A stretch of 64,000 bases of DNA from an uncultured delta proteobacterium (GCA_963840855.1 CAWJBB010000031.1:1-64000); one strand, 5' to 3'; shown: positions 1-11,438, numbered from the stretch's first letter. Numbers and translations are program-made. The notes: generated by a model not told the origin, from the sequence alone.

Positions 1-804
1 CCGCGCCCCCGAAGGGGTCGTGCCCTGGGGGACCTTTGAGAAGATTCGCACCGCGTTGCCCAAAGTCAAATTTGAAAACGCCACGGACCTTACGCAAGAA
101 GTTCGTTCCGTAAAAAGCGGGAAGAGATCGCATTCATCGAGAAAGCCGCCGAGATCATCGACAAGGCCATCGACGTGTTGATTCAGCACTCGAAGCCCGG
201 CGCGCGGGACAACGAATTGATTGCCGAGATGCTGCGTGAAATCGTCCGCCAAGGCGGCGAGCCGATTACAATGTTGCTGTTCGGCACTGGCGGGCCCGAG
301 GTGCCTTGGGCGCAGCGGGTGATCACGACGCGCCGCCTCAAACCCGGCGATCTCATCAACACGGAGGTCGAAGCCAAATACGCCGGCTACATTGCCCAGG
401 CGCTGCAGCCGATCTCCCTTGGCCCGCGGCCGAAAGATTTAGAAAAAATCTTCGACGCGACGAAGGTCATCTTTGACAAGATGCTCAAGTTCTTGAAGCC
501 CGGATTAACCTTCGGCGCGGCCGCGAAATTTTATCAAGACCAGGTGCAGACCGCCGGCTATGAACCCGACGGCGCGCTCATGCACGGTCGCGGCTTGGGT
601 GAAGACGCGCCGATGCTCTGGGGCGCAAGACGCGATTTTCCGGAAAAAGACTGGCGACTCAAAGAAGGCCATGTTTTTATTCTGAAACCCGCCGCCCGAA
701 AAGGCTTCATGCGCGATTCTATCCGGGCCGGCGACACTGTCGCCATCGAAGCCGGCGGCGCACGCCGACTGGGAAGCCGTGAGCTGGCGTTCGTTTCCGT
801 GTAG
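1..804 (+). CDS. M24 (Xaa-Pro peptidase/creatinase-like) family protein, 5' end outside window, apparent 1-nt frameshift near 120
   Basis: Pita-bread-fold style motifs (GDLINTEVEAKYAGY, HGRGLGED, LKEGHVFILKP, GDTVAI). Frame +2 reads ...FENATDLTQEVRSVKS and frame +1 continues EEIAFIEKAAEI from 121. Confidence 0.75.
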
Positions 805-873
805 GATTACTTTCGTGCTTCGCCTCGCGGCCCTCAAAATAGCTGCGTGAAGCTTGAATCACGTAAGAAAATC

Positions 874-1338
874 ATGAAAAAAACTATTTCTTTGAAAATA
901 AACGGTAGCGAGCGCGGCGCTGAGGTGGAAGCGCGGACCACGCTGTTAGATTTGGTGCGCGAACGGTTTAATCTGACCGGCGCGAAGCTCGGCTGTGACA
1001 TTCAAGTCTGCGGCGCCTGTACGCTGCTGCTCAATGGCAGGCCGGTAAGCGCCTGTTCGTTTCTCGCCGTCGATGCCGATGGCTGCGACGTGACCACCAT
1101 CGAGGGTTTGAGCGCCGGCGGCGCGTTGCATCCGCTGCAAGAGGCATTCATGGAGTTCGGCGCGTTGCAATGCGGTTATTGCACTTCCGGTTTTATTCTC
1201 ACGGCGAAAGCGCTGCTCGACGAATGTCCGCAACCGTCAGAGCAGCAGATTCGCGATTACATGGGGGGAAGTTTTTGCCGCTGTGGCTGTTATCAGGAAA
1301 TCATGCAGGCGATTAAGAACGTAGTGGGGAAATCGTGA
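874..1338 (+). CDS. (2Fe-2S)-binding small subunit, CoxS/CutS/xanthine dehydrogenase family
   Basis: GCDIQVCGACT...AC and QCGYC...CRCG cysteine motifs. ATG at 874. Confidence 0.92.
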   Translation: MKKTISLKINGSERGAEVEARTTLLDLVRERFNLTGAKLGCDIQVCGACTLLLNGRPVSACSFLAVDADGCDVTTIEGLSAGGALHPLQEAFMEFGALQCGYCTSGFILTAKALLDECPQPSEQQIRDYMGGSFCRCGCYQEIMQAIKNVVGKS

Positions 1339-1425
1339 TCGTCGCTCGTGCTCGTGCTCGGACAAACACGAACCACGAACACAACTGATGGGCCAAGACC
1401 GCAAAGAACAATGCGAGATAATCAA

Positions 1426-3753
1426 ATGGAACTGGCGGATATCGGAAAAACATTTCGCCGTCTGGATTACGAAACCAAAGTCACAGGCCGGGCGACGTAT
1501 CTGGCCGACATGCAGGTGCCGGGCATGTGCCACGGCAGGATTTTGCGCAGCCCGTTGCCGCACGCGCGGATCAGCAAGATCGACATTTCAAAAGCGCTTA
1601 AAGTCGCCGGCGTCGTCGCCATCATCAGCCGCGACGATATTCTCCATGACGAAGGCATCGAGCCTTATTACGGGCCGGTGTTCAAAGATCAAACCATCGT
1701 GGCGGTGGAAAAAGTCCGCCACGTGGGCGATCCGGTGGCCGCTGTCGCGGCGCTGACCGCGGATGCAGCCGATGAAGCGTTGCGCTCGATCGACGTCGCG
1801 TACGAAGAACTGCCGGCGGTGCTCAGTGTCGAGGACGCTGTCAAGGAGAATCCGATCCTCGTGCACGAGTCCGTGCGCGTCCCCGACTCCGGTTTCGCCG
1901 ATCTCGCCGAGCTCAAGCCCATCGACGGCACCAATATCTGCACGCATTTCAAGTTTAACCGCGGCGATGTGCAGCAAGGCTTCGCCCAAGCGGACCACAT
2001 TTTCGACGATACGTTTACCTTGCCGGCGACGCAGCATAGCTTTCTCGAAACCCATGCCTGCATCGCTTCGGTGGAGCCGGGCGGGCGGATCACGGTGTGG
2101 GCGACGACGCAGAATCCCTTCGTCGTGCGCACGCAACTGGCAAATATTTTCAAGGTGCCGGTGGCAAGAGTTCGGGTCATCGTGCCGTATCTGGGTGGCG
2201 GCTATGGCGGAAAGGTTTACCCCAAGGTCGAGCCGATTACCGTCGCCCTGGCGCTTAAAGCAGGGCGCCCCGTGCGCGTGGTGCTGTCGCGCGAGGAAGT
2301 TTTCTACACCATCACCAAACACGCGGCCGCGATCCGCATGAAAACCGGCGTGAAGAACGACGGCACGCTGGTGGCGCGGGAATGCGAGATCCATCTCGAC
2401 ACCGGAGCTTATGCCGAGATCGGACCGCGGGTGGCGAAGAAGTCGGGCTACACTGCCGCCGGCCCGTACAAAATTCCCAACTTGAAGATCGATTCCTATG
2501 CCATCTACACGAACAAACCGCCCGCGGGAGCGTTTCGCGGCTTTGGAGTTTCCCAATCGGCATGGGCGGTGGAATCACAAATGGATATCATCGCCGCGGC
2601 ATTGAAAATCGACCCGCTGGAGCTGCGCAAAAAGAATGGTTACGACGAGGGCGACAGGTTCGTCACCGAAGAGATTTTGCGCGCGGTCGGTCTCAAGGAG
2701 TGTCTGGACGAAGTGGCCAAATCGATCGGGTGGGATTCCAATAAGTTCAAAAGTTCAAAGGTTCAAGGTTCGAAGGAAGGTAGCATTAGACGGGGTAAAG
2801 GACTGGCCTGCATGATCAAGGCGACCATCACGCCGTCTATTTCTTGCGCCGTGGTGAAAATGAACGAGGACGCGAGTCTGTCGATCTATGCCGGCACCGT
2901 CGAGATGGGCCAGGGGTCCGAGACGACTTTAGCGCAGATCGCCGGCAAAGAGTTGGGAATTCCTCTGAGTAAAATTCAGGTGTTGGCTGTTGATACGGAT
3001 GTCGTGCCCTATGATCTGACGACTTCTTCGAGCCGTTCGACTTTCCATATGGGTAAAGCGGTTCAGCTCGCCGCTCAGCGTATTCAACAACAGCTAAAAC
3101 AGATCGTCGCGCAGGAGTATGGCGCTCCCGAGGATCAGATCAGGTTCATCGATGGCGGGATTCGCCTGCCGGAATCCACTTTGAATTATGCCGATGTCAT
3201 GTTCAAAAAGTTTGGCATGCAAGGTGGAACGTTGATCGGGGAAGGGCAATTGAAGACTTCGGTCAAAAACGAGTTTGGTGAAAAAAGCACGTCGGCTTTC
3301 TGGTTTTTGGCCGCCGGCGCGGCGGAAGTCGAAGTCGATACGGAAACCGGCAAGATCAAACTGCTGAAGTATGCGACGGCGGTGGACGTCGGTAAAGCGA
3401 TCAGCCCGCTCGGTTGCCGCCAGCAGCTCGCCGGCGCGGCGATCACCGGCATCGGCCAGGCGCTGTTCGAAGAGATCGCCTACGACAACGGCCAATTGAT
3501 CAATCCCAATCTCGTGGATTACGTCTTGCCGTCTCTCGGTGACATGCCGGCAGTGATCGACCCAATCACCGTCGAAGTGCCGGACAAAAACGGCCCCTTC
3601 GGCGCCAAGGGCATCGGTGAGAGCGCGCTGATTCCCGTGGCGCCCGCCATCGCCAATGCGATCTACGACGCCTGCGGCGTGCGGATTAAGGATCTGCCGA
3701 TCAAGGCTGAGAAGATCTATCTGGCGCTGGAAGATGCGAAAGCGAAAACCTGA
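1426..3753 (+). CDS. Xanthine dehydrogenase/CoxL-family molybdopterin-binding large subunit
   Basis: KVTGRATY, LRSPLPHA, LGGGYGGK, AFRGFG, MGQG, GAKGIGE motifs. Likely start ATG 1426. Confidence 0.93.
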   Translation: MELADIGKTFRRLDYETKVTGRATYLADMQVPGMCHGRILRSPLPHARISKIDISKALKVAGVVAIISRDDILHDEGIEPYYGPVFKDQTIVAVEKVRHVGDPVAAVAALTADAADEALRSIDVAYEELPAVLSVEDAVKENPILVHESVRVPDSGFADLAELKPIDGTNICTHFKFNRGDVQQGFAQADHIFDDTFTLPATQHSFLETHACIASVEPGGRITVWATTQNPFVVRTQLANIFKVPVARVRVIVPYLGGGYGGKVYPKVEPITVALALKAGRPVRVVLSREEVFYTITKHAAAIRMKTGVKNDGTLVARECEIHLDTGAYAEIGPRVAKKSGYTAAGPYKIPNLKIDSYAIYTNKPPAGAFRGFGVSQSAWAVESQMDIIAAALKIDPLELRKKNGYDEGDRFVTEEILRAVGLKECLDEVAKSIGWDSNKFKSSKVQGSKEGSIRRGKGLACMIKATITPSISCAVVKMNEDASLSIYAGTVEMGQGSETTLAQIAGKELGIPLSKIQVLAVDTDVVPYDLTTSSSRSTFHMGKAVQLAAQRIQQQLKQIVAQEYGAPEDQIRFIDGGIRLPESTLNYADVMFKKFGMQGGTLIGEGQLKTSVKNEFGEKSTSAFWFLAAGAAEVEVDTETGKIKLLKYATAVDVGKAISPLGCRQQLAGAAITGIGQALFEEIAYDNGQLINPNLVDYVLPSLGDMPAVIDPITVEVPDKNGPFGAKGIGESALIPVAPAIANAIYDACGVRIKDLPIKAEKIYLALEDAKAKT
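2743..2776. repeat. GTTCAA(A/G) 7-8-nt tandem array inside the CoxL-family CDS
   Basis: aagttcaaaagttcaaaggttcaaggttcgaagg, read in frame as KFKSSKVQGSK. Confidence 0.7.
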
Positions 3754-3760
3754 GACGTTG

Positions 3761-4216
3761 ATGGCGCGCAGTAAGATCGGATTGGCAACCGCCTATGTCG
3801 CTGCGCTCATATTGGCAGCGATGGCGCTTTCTTCCTGTCTGACCGCGGAGCTGGAAAAGCAGGCGGAGACTCTCAAGGAGCAGGAAGCGGAGATCGCCCG
3901 CCAGCGAAAGGAAATAGCGGCGTTGAAATCCGGCCAGCAGGCCCAAGACAGAAGGCTAGGCGATTGTAACCGCGCTTTTCTCGAATACTTCGAGCGGGCG
4001 CAAACCACCGCAGATGGCGACCGCGCCGCCGCGCTTTACCGAGAAGGACTGGCCATTTGCCCCGATGACGAGGTCGCCCATTATGAGCTGGGCAGGCTGC
4101 TGGCCGCCCAGGGGCGTTATCCTGAAGCCGAGAGGGAATTTGAATCCGCGCTCAAAATCAACCCGGACTTTACGGACGCCAGAGCCCGGTTGGAGGCGCT
4201 GCCCAAGAACCGATGA
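3761..4216 (+). CDS. TPR-repeat lipoprotein
   Basis: Signal peptide with lipobox LSSC, coiled coil, TPR-like AHYELGRLLAAQGRYPEAEREFESALKINPD. Confidence 0.8.
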   Translation: MARSKIGLATAYVAALILAAMALSSCLTAELEKQAETLKEQEAEIARQRKEIAALKSGQQAQDRRLGDCNRAFLEYFERAQTTADGDRAAALYREGLAICPDDEVAHYELGRLLAAQGRYPEAEREFESALKINPDFTDARARLEALPKNR

Positions 4217-4225
4217 TAGGCGGCC

Positions 4226-4270
4226 GTTCCATTCGTTTAAGAAGTTCCAATCGTTCCAAACGTTTGGAAC
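4226..4270. repeat. 9-nt GTTC(C/A)A array with terminal palindrome
   Basis: gttccattc gtttaagaa gttccaatc gttccaaac gtttggaac. Confidence 0.7.
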
Positions 4271-4316
4271 CGGATTCATCGAATCACAACCACGATGAAA
4301 TTCGGAGGAAGCAAGC

Positions 4317-5087
4317 ATGAAAAATTTTCTCGCGGTTTTTTTCTCGCTGCTGTGCGCAACCTCGGCGCACGCGATCGACGAAAAAAAACTCATCGACATG
4401 ACCTATCCGTTTGCCGCCGATACGCTACACTGGCCCACGGCAAAGCCATTTCATCTGGAAAAAGTACACGAAGGCCGGACCGCGCAAGGCTTCTGGTACT
4501 CGTCTTACAATTACAGCGGTTCGGAGCACGTCGGGACCCATATAGACGCGCCCTTTCACTTTGCCGAAGGTAAATGGACCACTGAGCGAATACCGCTGGC
4601 GCGGACCATCGGCGCGGCCATCGTTATCGACGTGCGGCGGCAAGCGGAAGCGGACCGCGATTATCGGCTGAGCGCCGCTGATATCCGCCGCTGGGAGAAA
4701 CGCTACGGTCGCGTTCCCACAAGGGCCATCGTTCTCATGCACAGCGGTTGGGGAAAATATTGGGGTGACCGCAAGCGCTATTTCGGCAGCGCCGAAGCCG
4801 GCGACGCGAGCAACCTCCACTTCCCTGGCTTGGCCAGGGACGCCGCGGAATTTCTGGTAAAGCAGCGCCGGGTCAATGCCGTCGGCATCGACACGCCGAG
4901 CATCGACCATGGCCCGGCGAAAGACTTCATCGTGCACCAAGTTTTTGGCGCCGCTAACGTGCCCATCTTTGAAAATGTCGCGGCCCTGGATCGCCTGCCC
5001 GCCAAAGGCGCGACGGTCTTCGCCATTCCGATGAAAATCAAAGGTGGCAGCGGCGCGCCGCTGAGAATTTTCGCCGTCCTGCCGTGA
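4317..5087 (+). CDS. Exported cyclase family (kynurenine formamidase-like) metal hydrolase
   Basis: SEHVGTHIDAPFHF motif, VGIDTPSID, IFENV, GGSGAPLR; N-terminal signal peptide. Confidence 0.9.
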   Translation: MKNFLAVFFSLLCATSAHAIDEKKLIDMTYPFAADTLHWPTAKPFHLEKVHEGRTAQGFWYSSYNYSGSEHVGTHIDAPFHFAEGKWTTERIPLARTIGAAIVIDVRRQAEADRDYRLSAADIRRWEKRYGRVPTRAIVLMHSGWGKYWGDRKRYFGSAEAGDASNLHFPGLARDAAEFLVKQRRVNAVGIDTPSIDHGPAKDFIVHQVFGAANVPIFENVAALDRLPAKGATVFAIPMKIKGGSGAPLRIFAVLP

Positions 5088-5210
5088 TCGGAAAATCACG
5101 AAGTCAGGAATTCAACCGCAAAGAACGCGAAGGAGGCCGCGTACCATATTTGTTTTGCTTTTACAATGGACACGATATAATCTGGCGCAGTTTATTTACC
5201 GAAAAGGGGG

Positions 5211-6581
5211 ATGATCATGAAGCAGCGGGGTAAAACTTCGCGACACGCCAGCGGTCTAATGCTAGTACTGCCGCTTGTCTTGATGGGGCCATCTCTAGCT
5301 AGATCAGCTGACAGTCCTCAGCCCGTGCAACCGGCCCAGCCAGTTGGCGCGCAAGATCCTAATGTCCTGACTCTCGACGAGGCTGTGCTGACGGCCCTGG
5401 CGAATCATCCTAATCTGAAGGCGGCAAGGGAACGAATAGGGGCGCAAGCGGCGGTGGTGGGGCAGGAGATGTCGGCTTATTTCCCAAGCGTCAATCTGAG
5501 CAGTCAATACCGAACTAGTCAGACTAGTAGCGACGGCGGCGCGGAACGCGCTTCAGATTTGTTTTCCGCCCAGTTCAATTTCAACTTCATTCTCTACAAT
5601 TTTGGAAAACGCGAAGGGACGGTGCAGGCGGCGCGGGACACGTTGAGTGCCGTCGGACACAACTATAAGACTACGGTGGACGCCGTCATCTTCGGGGTCA
5701 AGCAGTCGTATTACGTCCATCTTGGGTCTCAAGCCCTCGTCAAAGTGAGAGAGGAGACTGTAAACAACCGCGAGTTGCTGGTGAAGCAGGCGAGAGGTTT
5801 TTATGAAGTCGGCACCCGTGCCAAAATCGATGTTGTCCGCGCCGATGCCAATTTGTTCAACGCTCAAGCCGACCTGATCGCCGCTCAGAATGCGGTTAAA
5901 GTCTCGTGGGCCACGCTCAAAAACGCATTAGGGGTTAGGGAACTGGCCGAGCGCCCGCTGGTCGAGGAAGTCATCATGACGACGATTCCCTATACCCTCG
6001 AGCAAGCGCGTGAGCTTGCTTACGCCAATCGTCCAGAATTGAAAAGCTTCGAAGCGCAGCTAAAAGCCCAGGACCAGAACATCGCCGTGGCGCGCCGCGG
6101 TCATCTACCCGATCTCACCATCGACACCGTTTACGGGCGCCGCCATGTGAGCAATGAGAGGACAAACGGCAGGAATTTGAACACATTTCCGCTGCAACCG
6201 GTCTGGTCCGTCAACCTGAACTTGAGCATTCCTATCTTCGACGGCTTGAGGACGACGAACCGGGTGGAAGAGACGTTGCGCGACTACTACGTTATCGCAG
6301 CTCAGGAAGAGGCGCAGCGGCAGCAGGTCACTCTCGAGGTGGAAACGACGTATCTCCGGCTCGTGGAGCTGCAAGAACGCATTAAAGCGAACGAAGCCGC
6401 GGCCAACGCGGCCAAGGAGAACCTCGATCTCGCCGATGGCCGGTATCAGGTCGGCGTCGGCTCGATCATCGAGGTGACCGACGCCCAGACCCTTTACACC
6501 GACGCGCAAACGACCTATATCCGGGCGCTTTATGATTACAAGATCGCCGATGCCGAATTCGTGCGCGCCATCGGCCAGTGA
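5211..6581 (+). CDS. TolC-family outer membrane efflux protein
   Basis: Signal peptide, two OEP repeats (LTLDEAVLTALANHP, RYQVGVGSIIEVTDAQ), first gene of the RND operon. Confidence 0.9.
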   Translation: MIMKQRGKTSRHASGLMLVLPLVLMGPSLARSADSPQPVQPAQPVGAQDPNVLTLDEAVLTALANHPNLKAARERIGAQAAVVGQEMSAYFPSVNLSSQYRTSQTSSDGGAERASDLFSAQFNFNFILYNFGKREGTVQAARDTLSAVGHNYKTTVDAVIFGVKQSYYVHLGSQALVKVREETVNNRELLVKQARGFYEVGTRAKIDVVRADANLFNAQADLIAAQNAVKVSWATLKNALGVRELAERPLVEEVIMTTIPYTLEQARELAYANRPELKSFEAQLKAQDQNIAVARRGHLPDLTIDTVYGRRHVSNERTNGRNLNTFPLQPVWSVNLNLSIPIFDGLRTTNRVEETLRDYYVIAAQEEAQRQQVTLEVETTYLRLVELQERIKANEAAANAAKENLDLADGRYQVGVGSIIEVTDAQTLYTDAQTTYIRALYDYKIADAEFVRAIGQ

Positions 6582-6650
6582 TGCCAACTATTGCAGCGTG
6601 AGGAACGAACTGATAGACGTTTATCGCCACAACATAGGAGTAGAGCCCAT

Positions 6651-8114
6651 ATGAAGCGTTCCCTCTGGATTGTGATATTGGTGCTGGTTCTGGGTGGTTA
6701 CGCGGGTTTTCAGCAATATTCCTCTTGGTCTCTCAGCAAACCTCAAGATAAAACCGCTACGCAAAGCGTTGAAAGTGGCGGGCGTGGGACCGCCGGTGGC
6801 GGCCAAGGCCGGGGTGGCGCCGAGGGACGCGGTGGAGGCCGCTCGCGCGACGCGGTACCCGTGCTGGTGGCCACGGCAGCGCAAAAGTCCGTGCCGGCGC
6901 AGATCCGTGCGGTGGGCAACGCCGAGCCTTTTGCCACGGTTTCCGTCAAGAGCCAAGTTACCGGCGTACTCACTAAAGCCCACTTCAAGGAAGGCCAAGA
7001 CGTTAAGCTGGGCCAACAGCTCTTCACCATCGATCCCCGTCCTCTGGAGGCGGCGGTCAAGCAGGCGGAAGCCAACCTGGCGCGCGACAACGCACAGCTG
7101 AGGAATATGCGCGAACAGGCCAAGCGCTATGCCGAGCTGGTGGAAAAACAGTACGTATCGCGCGAGCAGTATGATAAGATTCGGACCGATGCTGACGCCA
7201 TGGAGTCGGTCGTCGACGCGGATAAAGCGGCGCTGGACAACGCCAAGGTTCAGCTGAGCTACTGTTACATTTACTCGCCGGTGAACGGCCGCGTCGGCAG
7301 TCTCCTGGTGAACGAAGGAAACCTGGTTCGAGTCAATGACGGGACGCCCCTGGTCGTGATCAACCAGGTAAGTCCGATGAACGTTACTTTCGCGGTGCCC
7401 GAAAATCATCTAGCCGATCTCCAGCGACTCATGGCAGGAGGTCAACTAAAAGTTGCCGCCTCGTTTCCCTCTGACGAGGGACGCCCAGAATTAGGCGTTC
7501 TTGAATTTGTCGATAACACCGTGGACCGGGCCACCGGGACCATCAAGCTCAAGGGAGTATTTACCAATAATCAAAGACGGCTTTGGCCCGGCCAATTTAT
7601 TAACGTGGCTTTGACGCTATCGACGCAGGCTGATGCCGTGGTGGTTCCGTCCGAGGCCGTGCAGGTCGGTCAGGAAGGGCAGCATGTGTTCGTCGTAAAA
7701 CCGGACAAAACGGTGGAAGTCAGGCCGGTCACGCTCGGCAGCACCAATGAAGGCGTAGCGGTTATCGCCAAGGGGCTTACAGCCGGCGAGCAAGTCGTCA
7801 GAGAAGGACAGTTTTTGTTAGGACCCGGTTCGCGCATCGAGATAAAGGATACGACGAAAGTAGCGACCGAAAGTAAGGGTGAGAGCAGACGAGGGCGAGG
7901 TGAAAAGGGGACGGCTGAGGGTGAGTCCAGCGAGTCGGGCACTGCCGCGGTGGAGAAGGGTAACGGACGAGGGGAACGTGGCGAATCCGGCCGGGATGCA
8001 GTGGCAGGGGAAGTCAGTGGATCGACAAAAGTGGGTGACGAAAGCAAAGGCGAAGGAGGCCAGAGGCGCAAAGGCCAGGGCCGGTCGAAGGGCACGGGAG
8101 AAGCGAAGGGTTAA
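6651..8114 (+). CDS. RND efflux periplasmic adaptor (MdtA-like) with Gly/Glu/Arg-rich tail
   Basis: N-terminal TM, FKEGQDVKLGQQLFTIDP, IYSPVNGRVG, DNTVDRATGTIKLK, LWPGQF. Confidence 0.9.
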   Translation: MKRSLWIVILVLVLGGYAGFQQYSSWSLSKPQDKTATQSVESGGRGTAGGGQGRGGAEGRGGGRSRDAVPVLVATAAQKSVPAQIRAVGNAEPFATVSVKSQVTGVLTKAHFKEGQDVKLGQQLFTIDPRPLEAAVKQAEANLARDNAQLRNMREQAKRYAELVEKQYVSREQYDKIRTDADAMESVVDADKAALDNAKVQLSYCYIYSPVNGRVGSLLVNEGNLVRVNDGTPLVVINQVSPMNVTFAVPENHLADLQRLMAGGQLKVAASFPSDEGRPELGVLEFVDNTVDRATGTIKLKGVFTNNQRRLWPGQFINVALTLSTQADAVVVPSEAVQVGQEGQHVFVVKPDKTVEVRPVTLGSTNEGVAVIAKGLTAGEQVVREGQFLLGPGSRIEIKDTTKVATESKGESRRGRGEKGTAEGESSESGTAAVEKGNGRGERGESGRDAVAGEVSGSTKVGDESKGEGGQRRKGQGRSKGTGEAKG

Positions 8115-8135
8115 GGCGAACCAAAGAGGGGAGTC

Positions 8136-11100
8136 ATGAATATATCGTATCTTTTCATCACCAGGCCGGTCACCACGACTCTGGTTATGCTGGGTATCCT
8201 GATCTTCGGTGTCATGGGCTATAGGGCTTTGCCCGTGAGCGATCTTCCCACCGTGGATTTTCCAACGATTACGGTAAACGCAAACCTGGCGGGCGCCAGC
8301 GCCGAAACGATGGCGTCGGGGGTGGCGACTCCGCTGGAGAAAAATTTCTCGACCATCGCGGGCCTCGATTCCATGAGCTCGACAAGCAGTTTGGGGCGGA
8401 CTCAAATCACGTTGCAGTTCAATCTGAACCGAAACGTCGATGCCGCGGCGCAAGACGTTCAGGCGATGATCGCGCGTTCGGCGCGCGATCTGCCGCCAAA
8501 TATGCTAACCCCGCCGTCATATCGGAAGGTCAATCCGGCGAACAATTCCATTCTGCTGCTGGCGTTGACATCTCCGACGCTTCCGTTGTCGACCATCGAT
8601 GAATTCGCCCAGACGATTCTGGCGCAGCGCATCTCAATGGTGAGCGGCGTCGCCCAGGTCGATGTTATCGGCTCGCAAAAATACGCCGTCCGGATTCAAC
8701 TGGATCCTAACCGGTTGGCGGCCCGCCAGGTCGGCATCGACGACGTGGTCAACGCGGTCACGCGCGGCAACGTGGACCTGCCGGTCGGAACGTTGAATGC
8801 TCCCAACCGCGCCTACACCTTGGTATCAGACGGCCAGCTGGTGAACGCGGAAGCTTTTAAACCGATGGTCGTCACTTATCGGAACGGCGCGCCGGTGCGC
8901 ATCCAGGACATCGGCACGGCTGTGGATGGCGTGGAAAACAGCAGGGTCGCAAGCTGGTTCAAGGATAAAAGGGCCGTCATCCTGGGAGTACAGCGGCAAC
9001 CGGGCGCCAACGTCGTCGAAGTTGTCGATGCGGTCAAAGAAATTCTCCCGGGTCTGCGCTTGCAAATTCCCCAGTCCGTCAATTTGGAATTGTTTTTCGA
9101 CCGCACCCAGTCGATTCGGGAATCGGTGCATGACGTGCAATTGACCATGATTGGGACGATCGTGCTGGTCGTCCTGGTGATTTTCCTTTTTCTGCGAAAT
9201 GTTTCGGCGACGATCATCCCGAGTTTGGCATTGCCCATGTCGATCACCGGCACGTTCGCTGTGATGTATTTGCTCGACTACAGCCTTGATAACTTGTCCC
9301 TGATGGCTTTGACGCTGGCAGTTGGTTTCGTGGTGGACGACGCCATCGTCGTTTTAGAGAACATCGTGCGCCATATGGAACAGGGTGAAAAACCCTACGA
9401 CGCTGCGGTCAAGGGGGCCCAGGAGATCGGCTTTACGATTGTCTCGATGACGCTTGCATTGGTGGCTGCCTTCATCCCGGTGCTGTTTATGAGCGGCATG
9501 CTGGGACGGATTCTGCGCGAATTCGCCGTCACCATCTGCGTGGCGATTCTGGTTTCGGGATTCATCTCGTTGACTCTTACGCCGATGTTGGCCAGTCGCT
9601 ATCTTCGTCCGCCCCATGATCAGAAGCATGGTTGGTTGTATCGTTTCCTCGGCCGCTGTTTGGATATGATGAATAACGCCTATGCAGCGAGTCTTAGTTG
9701 GGTGATGCGCCACCACGTTACGACCTTCGCGGCCTCGGTCCTCGTATTAGCTGCTACAGTCCATATGTTCGGGCTGGTGCCCAAAGGATTTATTCCGAGC
9801 GAAGATACCGGGCAGGTCGTGATCAATACAGAGGGATCGCAAGGCGTTTCTTATGAACAAATGGTGCAGTACCAGCAACAGCTGGCGGCGATCGTTCTCA
9901 AGGATCCGAACGTCGAAGCGTTTTTCTCGAGTGTCGGAACCGGCGGAGCGGGAATAACCGGCAACACCGGCCGCATCTTCATGAAGCTCAAGCCGCGCTC
10001 GGAACGGCCGGTGGTCTGCTCCGAGACATCTTGGATAAAATCCTGCCGGTCTCTCACTGCCGACGAGTTGATCCGGGATTTGCGACCCAAGTTAGCGCAA
10101 GTGGCGGGGATCCGAGTTTCTTTGCAAAATCCGCCGGTGATCCGCGTCGGCGGACGGCTCAGCCGCAGCTTATACCAGTTCACGTTGCAGAGCCCGGACT
10201 CCCAGGAACTGTACCGTAACGCTTATTTGTTTGAGGAAAAATTGAAAGCGCTTCCGGACTTCAGAGACGTCGGCAGCGACCTGCAGCTCAAGAATCCTCA
10301 GCTGCAGGTGGTTATCGACCGAGACAAGATGGCGACGATGGGAATCACGGCGCAGGGTATTTCGGCCCGCCAGGTAGAGGAGGCCTTCTGGAACGCCTAT
10401 GCGACGCGCCAAATCTCGACCATCAATACGCCGAGCAATCAATATCAGGTGATCCTGGAGCTGGATCCAAAGTTTCAAAACGACCCGTCGGCACTGTCGA
10501 TGCTCTATATCCGCTCGACGACCGGCCAAGCCGCGACGGCTCAACCCATGGTGCCCTTGGGTTCGCTGGCGACCCTCAAATACACCGCCGGGCCGCTAAC
10601 GGTCAATCATTCAGGGCAGCTCGCTTCGGTGACGATGTCTTTTAATTTGCGGGAAGGAGTTGCTTTGGGAGATGCGGTGGAGACCATTAACAAGTTGGCC
10701 CGTGACACCCTGCCGGGCTCCATCAGCACGAATTTTCAAGGGACGGCGCAAGAATTCCAGAAATCGATCACAAGCTTGTGGCTCCTCTTGGCTCTCGCCG
10801 TGTTCGTCGTCTATTTGGTCTTGGGGATCCTGTATGAGAGCTTTATCCATCCATTGACGATTCTGTCCGGATTACCGTCAGCTGGTCTTGGCGCTCTGAT
10901 CGCATTGTATCTGTTCAACATGGACCTCAGTATTTATGCCTTCGTCGGTTTGATCATGCTCATCGGAATCGTGAAGAAAGAACGCGATCATGATGATCGA
11001 CTTCGCTCTCGAAGGGCAGCGCAACGAAGGGAAGCCGCCGGCGCAGGCGATCTATGAAGGCGCGCTGGTGCGCTTCCGGCCGATCATGATGACGACTATG

Positions 11101-11364
11101 GCGGCCATCGTCGGCGCCGTGCCGATTGCCATCGGCTGGGGCGCCGGCGCGGAAGCGCGCCAGCCTCTGGGCATTGCGGTGGTCGGGGGTCTGATCGTTT
11201 CGCAGGTCTTGACGCTTTACATCACCCCCGTGATGTATCTCTATCTTGAGAAATTCCAGCAACTGCTAGTGGCGCTGCCGACGAAATTCCGCCGCGCGGC
11301 GAAGTCTACCGCGGTAGGGCCGGAGCTCGGGGTCGAGAACCCCGGTTCGCATGGCGCGCCTTAG
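8136..11364 (+). CDS. RND efflux permease (MdtB/C-like), split by a +1 frameshift near 10978
   Basis: [24 protein letters not shown]|NAIMMIDF is broken by an extra A (gtgaagaaagaacgcg); the C-terminal ORF 10990-11364 has RFRPIMMTT. Confidence 0.88.
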
Positions 11365-11410
11365 CCGCCAGGGAAGAAGAGATTTAACCACTAAGGCAAA
11401 GGATTTGTAC

Positions 11411-11438
11411 GGGCGGGTTTCGGACCCGCCCTTTTTTT
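11411..11438 (+). terminator. Rho-independent terminator after the RND operon
   Basis: GGGCGGGT-ttcgg-ACCCGCCC followed by T7. Confidence 0.8.

Noticed and set aside
1426-3753. Aerobic CO dehydrogenase
   Set aside because: It lacks the AYxCSFR loop and cox accessory genes.
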